Below, piece after piece: positions 57,025 through 64,000 of a DNA stretch of 64,000 nucleotides. The stretch lies in NCBI GenBank assembly GCA_037137935.1, contig JBAXJI010000001.1, forward strand, positions 1,771 through 65,770, in the 5' to 3' direction. The translations under genes were made by a program, and so were the position numbers. The notes under the pieces are model-generated. The model ran no database searches. It was not told the DNA's origin and was given only the letters and a program-made list of their open reading frames with translations. Each line of letters starts with the position of its first letter. Position 1 is the first letter of the stretch. Source of the stretch: Candidatus Saccharimonadota bacterium (GTDB lineage Bacteria > Patescibacteriota > Saccharimonadia > Saccharimonadales > AQU-01).

Positions 57025-60000
57025 TTAAAATATAGACGGGAGACCTGAAATACCGTCAAGCTTAAGAGTTCCAGATCCTGACCCTCCAGAACCTTGAAGT
57101 GGCGACGAAATCCAATTTGAAGGATCTGTCACAAATACTTCAGCAGTATTAGCGCTAAGACTTGATTCATTAAGAACTCTAGCCCCATAACTACCTTGTG
57201 TTCTTTGGAATTTAATCCTTTCAGCACTAAAACTACCTCTAACAGTTAGTTTAGTACTACAATCAGTCTTTAATTGAATGGCGATGATTTCGGCGAATCT
57301 ATTCATACAGGTACGGATAACTCCTCCTGGATCGCTTTCAGCTTCTGCAGCAGGAAGACAGACTTTTCGAGGAATAGCAACATACCACCCTGTAATTTCC
57401 GTAACACTCTTGTCGATATATATATTTCCACAGACGACAATAGTCAAGTTAGGTATGTCGTCTACACTACTCCACGCACCAGAATAGACAATATTACCCA
57501 TAATGCTTAAGTTGCCGTCCACAAAAATAGTCTGCTTTGAGGTAACTACAGTTGGCAAAGGCCCTCCAACGACATGGCAAGTATCTCCTGACTTCTTGTA
57601 TGCATTGTCAGTACCACACCCCAAGGTGCCATAATGAGGGTATTCCCAGTAACCTGGAGTACTCAGACTTACTAACCTGTCTGCACCAGTGTTTATAGAC
57701 TTTCCTCGCAATGCTGCCCAGTAATTTGGCTGGCATCCAACAGGACCAAAGTTGCCAGAGGTAACTGTAGAATCGATTTTAGCGAAAAATAGGCTTTGCC
57801 TTTGTAGGGGTGCCCTTAGATCTGCGGTAGAAAATTGACTAGCTGGAATAGGACCACGCGCCATTGCACCATACTGCGTAGACGAACCTGAGCCGTCAAG
57901 TAAATTGCCCCACCCATAAATTCCGCCTGTTCCAGTAGTAGCACAGGCTGGCGCAAAAGCTGCACCTGCCCTTACATCACCACCAAAGACCTTGATATAA
58001 GGCCTGGATACTTTAGGTATTGATTTTGAGCATTGTAGTATATCGGGGGGAGCGTTGCCACCACTAAAGCTATAAGAAACATAAAATGAATCCATTGATG
58101 TGTTGGAAGTCGCAGTTATTGTCGCTCCAATTGCGCTTCCAAGCGAAGGTAGCGGCGAAGGAGTATATGCAATATTTGCATAATAATGATAGGTCGAAAA
58201 ACTGAAACCATCCATAGTGAATACATTTAGCTGAGCACCATTTAAAGCCCCAAGTCCGGTATTAGTAAATTTAGGAATTATGTCTACGATTTGCCCTGGT
58301 TCAATTTCTGTAGGCAGATTAGCCATATCGCACTTAATTATTGGCACAGGGTCTCGTACATTAATAGTAGCTTTACATATATTATTTCCCCAACCATGCC
58401 CCGCATCAACAAAGCCCCAGTTGAATTCATAGCTTCCGGCGACCAAAGGCGAGCGTATATCCACTAAGTTTATTAAGGGAGCTCCATAGCTCGGCTCGTC
58501 CTGATAGGATATTTGTGTGAGCGAGAGAGTCTGGGGACCATCTCCAACTATTCTACTACTGGCCCTAGCATATTTACTCTGTGCGGGCGACGCCGGAGAA
58601 TCATTTGCCAGATAATTTATTATATCCGTAGTAGGCGAGCCAGGATCAGGTCCTTTTATTTCAGGCCCCCAGCTCGGGCCATTTACACCTATCTGATAAC
58701 CATTAGCATTAGTGACGGGCACAGTAAATCTAAGCGGGTGATCCGTTAATAAATCAGGCGAGCCAGTGACCGCGTCCGTGACCGACATAGCTGCAGTACA
58801 GCTAGGCATCTTATTGCAATCACTAGACGGTGTGCCTCCACCTGGTAAAACATAATTAACAAAAATCTGAAGGGTGTTAGTGCGTGTTAAATTATTGATT
58901 TCTAGAGTGTATGTATGCCCTTGCTTGAAAGAGTACATAGCCAATAGATTTGTTGAGTCAGGAAGAATCAAATGACCATTATTGCCATTGGCGGGGGCCC
59001 ACAAAATATCATTCGAAAGGTTGGCTCCAGCGGAATCCGGAATGTATGTAGTGACTCCATCAGTACCGATATCTATAATCCTGGCTCTAATATTATTCTG
59101 ACCATAAATATTAGCATCAAGATCATAAATATCTATTTGGCCCAACATATCCACGTGGCATGGAGGCAAAACAATATGCTGATTGAATAAACCTCCGTTC
59201 GGGTCTGCAGATGGGACTTGGGAGAAGCTAGAGTATCCTACAGAAGCAAAAGGATTCAAAGGAGATACTGATGGACAAGAAAATACATAACTACCCGGAT
59301 CAGGACAAATAAAAGAAGTCTCTGATACACCTATTCTTAGTCTAGGCGACAACGCTCCCAGTCTGTACCTATTATATGCATATATTCCGTCAGTATTACC
59401 CGGTCCAATCATGTCAGCCGTAAAATAATATTTATAGTAATCTCCTTGCCTGCCTGATGAATTAGCCAGCGTAGGGGTAAAGATCATACTGAGGTCATGA
59501 AGACCAGATAAACAAATGATATTTTCGGTATCAATGGTTGACGTTGGACTATTCTTTATACTAAAAATTGACTTCGTGAGATTAGACTTGTCTATATTGG
59601 AGCTGGGATTATTGTCGCATCCATCAATAATTGTTATAACCTGCACAGTACCAAGCATATCTGAAGGCACATAAATTACTGCAGCCGTAATTTTGCCGGG
59701 CATACAATCAACTGCACTTGGACAGAGTTCATTAATCATATACGTGCATGGAGCACCAGCATCTGAAGTTTCAGGAAAAACATTACTTGGCGCTGCAGGT
59801 AAATATGTTACAGGAGATGGTGCCACATTATCAACGCATGGAGTAGTTGCAGTAGCCGCACACCTATGAGGGAGCTCCCAGGTAACTTTATCTTGACAAG
59901 TGACAGACTGACACACATAGCCGGGTGCATGTTGCACGAAGGCCGGTCCGTTCGGGCAAAACACATTTGGTGGTGGCGGGGGCGGCACAATACCCCCTCC

Positions 60001-60141
60001 AGTATTGGCGTAGGCTCGGCTAGTAAAAACTAAACTAGCAAATACGGCCATCGTTACGGTAACAAAAATCATACTGAGCAATCTTAGAGTAAAGTCCCGT
60101 CTTTTAGCTAAGATTTCTGAGTTACGCACTAGGCGCTCCAT
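57025..60141 (-). CDS. Large Cys-rich secreted protein, candidate pilus tip adhesin
   Basis: Signal peptide, many Cys pairs, PYIKVFGGDV, VDGNLSI..GNIYID beta repeats, C-terminal LPSIF; adjacent to pilM. Confidence 0.7.
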   Translation of the reverse strand: MERLVRNSEILAKRRDFTLRLLSMIFVTVTMAVFASLVFTSRAYANTGGGIVPPPPPPNVFCPNGPAFVQHAPGYVCQSVTCQDKVTWELPHRCAATATTPCVDNVAPSPVTYLPAAPSNVFPETSDAGAPCTYMINELCPSAVDCMPGKITAAVIYVPSDMLGTVQVITIIDGCDNNPSSNIDKSNLTKSIFSIKNSPTSTIDTENIICLSGLHDLSMIFTPTLANSSGRQGDYYKYYFTADMIGPGNTDGIYAYNRYRLGALSPRLRIGVSETSFICPDPGSYVFSCPSVSPLNPFASVGYSSFSQVPSADPNGGLFNQHIVLPPCHVDMLGQIDIYDLDANIYGQNNIRARIIDIGTDGVTTYIPDSAGANLSNDILWAPANGNNGHLILPDSTNLLAMYSFKQGHTYTLEINNLTRTNTLQIFVNYVLPGGGTPSSDCNKMPSCTAAMSVTDAVTGSPDLLTDHPLRFTVPVTNANGYQIGVNGPSWGPEIKGPDPGSPTTDIINYLANDSPASPAQSKYARASSRIVGDGPQTLSLTQISYQDEPSYGAPLINLVDIRSPLVAGSYEFNWGFVDAGHGWGNNICKATINVRDPVPIIKCDMANLPTEIEPGQIVDIIPKFTNTGLGALNGAQLNVFTMDGFSFSTYHYYANIAYTPSPLPSLGSAIGATITATSNTSMDSFYVSYSFSGGNAPPDILQCSKSIPKVSRPYIKVFGGDVRAGAAFAPACATTGTGGIYGWGNLLDGSGSSTQYGAMARGPIPASQFSTADLRAPLQRQSLFFAKIDSTVTSGNFGPVGCQPNYWAALRGKSINTGADRLVSLSTPGYWEYPHYGTLGCGTDNAYKKSGDTCHVVGGPLPTVVTSKQTIFVDGNLSIMGNIVYSGAWSSVDDIPNLTIVVCGNIYIDKSVTEITGWYVAIPRKVCLPAAEAESDPGGVIRTCMNRFAEIIAIQLKTDCSTKLTVRGSFSAERIKFQRTQGSYGARVLNESSLSANTAEVFVTDPSNWISSPLQGSGGSGSGTLKLDGISGLPSIF

Positions 60142-60616
60142 TCTTTAGCTCAGCGGGATATGCTGCATGCTTTGATATAGTGTCAAATGTCTTCTTAGCC
60201 AGATCTCTGCTGTCTTCGGGGAGCAAAAGAATTACTCCGTCCGCTTTTTCGCCACACAAAACAACTGACGCACTATCATTTACGATACTCGCGGCATAAA
60301 CGCACTCGCCGTATGCAGAAATCCGCAAAATAATGCCATTCTTTTCTACCTCACCATAAGCTATCGCCTTAGCGACTACCTCAGACCATTTCTTATTATC
60401 TACTAGTGATTTTATGCTATTGTAATCTTTTACAGATGAGTCTTGATCGACTTCTATAACTTTAGGACTGACTTTCTTGTCAACATAAACCACTCCTGGC
60501 AACTTCCTGTGCTTAATCTTGTTATACTGACTTTTAATAACTAGGCCGGTCAGCAAACCAAATGCTAGTGCTAAAGTTACAGCCCCAAAGACTATTAAAC
60601 GCTTACGCTTTTTCAT
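60122..60616 (-). CDS. Hypothetical membrane-anchored protein
   Basis: Basic N-terminus plus TM; overlaps the start of the adhesin gene. Confidence 0.65.
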   Translation of the reverse strand: MKKRKRLIVFGAVTLALAFGLLTGLVIKSQYNKIKHRKLPGVVYVDKKVSPKVIEVDQDSSVKDYNSIKSLVDNKKWSEVVAKAIAYGEVEKNGIILRISAYGECVYAASIVNDSASVVLCGEKADGVILLLPEDSRDLAKKTFDTISKHAAYPAELKNGAPSA

Positions 60617-60679
60617 TATTATAAGTATATAGGATATTCTCTGATTGGAGCAAATATCGACTATCTTGCCAGCTAATTT

Positions 60680-61594
60680 TTACCGCTGATGACGGCGACG
60701 AGAAGCACCAAAAACTATAAGACCACCAACAACTAGCATGCCGGCTGCGGTTTCTAATATTTTATCGGTGGAACTAGAACCATCCTCCGGCGTGCTATTA
60801 CTTAGTACTGTCTCAATTGTTGACGTGGTGGTTTCATTTTGTGTGGTCTGTGTAGTAGTCTGCGGTGATGATACAGTAACAGCCTCTATTGATGTAGTAG
60901 TTGGAGTGGTGGTAGTGGTTGGCGTCATGACTTCAACTCCATAGGCAGCAAAGTTAGTAGTCATCTCCGCCCACTTATCTTGAGCAGTAGATAAAGCTAT
61001 CTGAATATCTAGACTGCCCTGTTCAGTAGCAGGGTCAACATTAATACCCATCGCTTCTGCCACGGCAACGCCTGCTATACCAGCACCGGCACTATTGTCA
61101 TCTATATCTTTTAGGCTAGGGTTGTCAGTATTAGCCAAAAAGCCGTCGCTATCTACATCGTTATTAATTGTCGTAGTAGTAACTATTGGCTTTGGACTTT
61201 TTGGCTTTTTAGGCAAAGATACGGATGTTATTATTGGATTATAGTCGTTTGGATTATAGCCCTCGTAGAGGACATCAGGCACACACGCAGTGAAATACGT
61301 AACAACAGTTACAGGAATATCTGGGACAAAAGGATGATATCCCCCAGGACAGCCATTAATACACCCCTCTCCCAAACAGTTTTCGGGCTTGTTTATAACT
61401 AAATATTCCTCGCTCATCCCTGCGGCTTGGGCATCAACATTACCAGTCTCAAAACTCGCTATAGCAGGCGCCACAACAGACGCCAGAGCAACCGCAGCAC
61501 CTATACCCATACGACCAAGGCGTCCAATATTCTTTTCTGGCGATTCGTTCTGTACCTCACCGGAAACACTTATAATCTGCTCAGATCGTCTCAC
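60680..61594 (-). CDS. Thr-rich surface protein with C-terminal TM anchor
   Basis: Signal-like hydrophobic stretch, poly-Thr linker, TM followed by RRRHQR. Confidence 0.7.
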   Translation of the reverse strand: MRRSEQIISVSGEVQNESPEKNIGRLGRMGIGAAVALASVVAPAIASFETGNVDAQAAGMSEEYLVINKPENCLGEGCINGCPGGYHPFVPDIPVTVVTYFTACVPDVLYEGYNPNDYNPIITSVSLPKKPKSPKPIVTTTTINNDVDSDGFLANTDNPSLKDIDDNSAGAGIAGVAVAEAMGINVDPATEQGSLDIQIALSTAQDKWAEMTTNFAAYGVEVMTPTTTTTPTTTSIEAVTVSSPQTTTQTTQNETTTSTIETVLSNSTPEDGSSSTDKILETAAGMLVVGGLIVFGASRRRHQR

Positions 61595-61718
61595 AACATT
61601 TGTCCTATTCTCTGACTCGTTAATGCAAAACTACATTCTACGATCTAAGAATACGCCTGAGAAGGTTTATATTCAAGAAGCTATCGATGTCTAAAAATAA
61701 TTGTGCCTATCGGTCAAA

Positions 61719-62642
61719 CTACATAATGTCTAACTCTACGCCAGATTTAGATCTTTCATCCAAATTAATGGCAGAAGGTTTTAAGGGCGTCACAGCTACA
61801 GAATCAGACATATCAGTGCTGATCGGCCTGTTTGGAGTCGATGATAAACCTAAATACGTTTGCTCGTATAGTTCTGGCCCGGTCATTGTTCCTGTCGCAT
61901 GCTCAACAAAATTGTTGGCAATAAATTTAGTCGAACCAGCCTGATGAACTAACACAGGCTCATTGATCACAATTTCACTTTTGCCCTTCATCATATCAAG
62001 AAATAACTCTACTCTTGCCGTGGCTGCTTGCCTTGGGTCAACATCTACAGTGCCCACTTTTTCGTCTAATGCCCTAGTCATAGCTGGCGGCGGCGAATCA
62101 TAAATAGCCATTAACTCACCATCATATACTGGGTACTTCCCAATTGTGGCACTCATTTCCAGGTCAAAAATCTCGTCACCCCTCTGATTGCCAAATTCTA
62201 CCAAATAATGCATCGCCCTTCCGCTACGACCATTGCCGTTTTCGTATGGATGAATATAGTTAATCGCTCCTGCTATCGTTAGCCCGGCTCGTCGTAAGGC
62301 AATTTCATCATTACTATCTTTATCGCTTAATATGTTTCTAACTGCCTCAAAGCTCTCATCCATCAACTTTTCTTTGTCTTCTAAGGAAGGTGTGGCAATA
62401 AATCCCAGCTTACCGTCAGCATAATCATCACTAACCTTTTCGCCTCGTGTAATAGAGTTGATGTAGCCAATGTACTTCTTATATTCATCATTAGACATGG
62501 AGGCAAACAAAGCTCTACGCTGATCCGGTTCGCGTAGTGATTCTTTTATTCCCAATAATTCAAGGCGCCTGGTGCCATTACCATCAGCGGCTACTTCCGG
62601 AAAATGATCTGCTTCGATTGTGCGCTGGATAGTTTCAGACAT
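61719..62642 (-). CDS. Fic family protein
   Basis: Canonical HPYENGNGRSGR motif. Confidence 0.88.
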   Translation of the reverse strand: MSETIQRTIEADHFPEVAADGNGTRRLELLGIKESLREPDQRRALFASMSNDEYKKYIGYINSITRGEKVSDDYADGKLGFIATPSLEDKEKLMDESFEAVRNILSDKDSNDEIALRRAGLTIAGAINYIHPYENGNGRSGRAMHYLVEFGNQRGDEIFDLEMSATIGKYPVYDGELMAIYDSPPPAMTRALDEKVGTVDVDPRQAATARVELFLDMMKGKSEIVINEPVLVHQAGSTKFIANNFVEHATGTMTGPELYEQTYLGLSSTPNRPISTDMSDSVAVTPLKPSAINLDERSKSGVELDIM

Positions 62643-62735
62643 ATTTTTGATGTTTTTGTTTTATTTTATTAACTAGCTTTATATTAGCACATTTTTGCAT
62701 TTCTGACAATAGCCATAACCTGTTATAATGGAGCT

Positions 62736-63824
62736 ATGAGTTCACTTTCTATTGGTATTGTTGGTTTGCCGAATGTCGGCAAGAGCACGCTTTTTAACGC
62801 ATTGACGAACAATAACGTCTTAGCGGCTAATTATCCTTTTGCGACGATTGAACCAAACACCGGTATCGTACCGATCCCAGACATTAGATTAACTGAATTA
62901 TGTAAGCTATATAACGCCAAAAAAATAGTACCAGCAACTGTTACTTTCGTAGATATAGCTGGGCTAGTTGCAGGCGCATCCACTGGTGAAGGTCTTGGTA
63001 ACCAGTTCTTGAGCCACATTCGTAGCACTAACGCTATTGTTCATGTGGTACGAGCTTTTAGCGACGCAAATGTACTGCACGTAGACGAACAACACGACCC
63101 AAAGAAAGATATCGACGTGATAAATACCGAGCTTATCCTGGCCGACTTGCAAACTGTCGAAAAGCGACTTCCCCGTCTAGAAAAGGAAGCTCGGTTAAAT
63201 CCAAAACTAAAGCCAGCCTACGAATCACTCATCGAGATAATTAAAGTATTAAACGACGGCCAACTTATTTCTTCTCAGCCTGAACTATTAACAAGCTACG
63301 GACTACTATTATCTGACCTGCAATTAATCACTGCCAAATCCGTAATATATGTATTCAATGTTGACGAAGATACTCTTATTGATCAGGCCAAACGTAGCGA
63401 ATTAACAGAGTTGGTAGCCCCTGCTAGATCAATTTTTATCTGCGCCAAATTAGAGAGCGAATTAAACGGACTAGACGATGCTGACCGCGTAGAACTACTC
63501 GAAAGCTACGGCCAACATGAGTCAGGCCTCGTCCAACTAATTCATGCCGCATACGAAATACTTGGATTACAAAGCTACCTAACGGCTGGCGAACAAGAAA
63601 TTAGAGCCTGGACTATTCATCAGGGAGACACTGCCCCACAAGCCGCTGGCGTTATTCACGGCGATTTTGAACGAGGCTTTATTGCCGCCCAAATCATAGA
63701 CTATAACGACCTGATGACAGCTGGCTCCGAACAAGCAGCAAAACTAGCAGGTAAAATTGCTACCGTCGGCAAAACATATGTCATGAAACCCGACGATGTC
63801 GTCGAATTCCGCTTCAACGTCTAA
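62736..63824 (+). CDS. ychF: Redox-regulated ATPase YchF
   Basis: GIVGLPNVGKSTLFNALT, ANYPFATIEPN, DIAGLV, GEGLGNQFL, DVVEFRFNV. Confidence 0.97.
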   Translation: MSSLSIGIVGLPNVGKSTLFNALTNNNVLAANYPFATIEPNTGIVPIPDIRLTELCKLYNAKKIVPATVTFVDIAGLVAGASTGEGLGNQFLSHIRSTNAIVHVVRAFSDANVLHVDEQHDPKKDIDVINTELILADLQTVEKRLPRLEKEARLNPKLKPAYESLIEIIKVLNDGQLISSQPELLTSYGLLLSDLQLITAKSVIYVFNVDEDTLIDQAKRSELTELVAPARSIFICAKLESELNGLDDADRVELLESYGQHESGLVQLIHAAYEILGLQSYLTAGEQEIRAWTIHQGDTAPQAAGVIHGDFERGFIAAQIIDYNDLMTAGSEQAAKLAGKIATVGKTYVMKPDDVVEFRFNV

Positions 63825-63844
63825 AATACTCCTCAGAAACCCCT

Positions 63845-63908
63845 TTGCAAGGTCTCTCCTTGCTCCAAGGAGAGACCTTGCAAGTCGTCCTTGCAAGTCT
63901 TGCAAGAC
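63845..63908. repeat. REP-like palindromes
   Basis: tgcaaggtctctccttgctccaaggagagaccttgcaagtcgtccttgcaagtcttgcaagac. Confidence 0.75.
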
Positions 63909-64000
63909 AGTACGGTCATGAATATCAGTTGCAGTACGTAAGACGTAAACGAATATATGCCATTAGAGTTAATTTATATTCGGCAGCTAGGTACTCAAAG

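Overview
The gene content and style point to a Patescibacteria/CPR chromosome, most like Saccharibacteria (TM7); this is inferred, not searched. Housekeeping genes are gyrA (partial), gyrB, comM/yifB, infC-rpmI-rplT, rnpB, queA, tgt, rpmB, miaA, thrS (with a T-box-like leader), nrdR, eno, gpmA, ndk, a Xer-type recombinase and ychF. The window also holds a VirD4/TraD-like ATPase, a complete type IV pilus locus, five intact tRNAs (Val-GAC, Asp-GTC, Thr-CGT, Gly-CCC, Arg-CCT) and a probable 6S RNA. The most unusual features are non-coding. (1) A ~6.8 kb array downstream of tRNA-Asp has seven co-oriented, mostly single-gene cassettes, each with its own promoter, separated by a conserved two-hairpin repeat fused to the tRNA 3' end. 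The repeats decay with distance from the tRNA, like an integron or CRISPR array, but no integrase lies inside. (2) A tRNA-Arg(CCG) is broken into three pieces, with an intact tRNA-Arg(CCT) nested in its anticodon loop and a similar two-hairpin insert in its T-loop. (3) Two diverged, covarying ~220 nt structured elements flank a C39-peptidase-like gene in inverted orientation. (4) A 1.6 kb gene-free region holds two promoter-driven candidate ncRNAs. (5) A dispersed REP-like palindrome family includes one related hairpin in frame inside queA.
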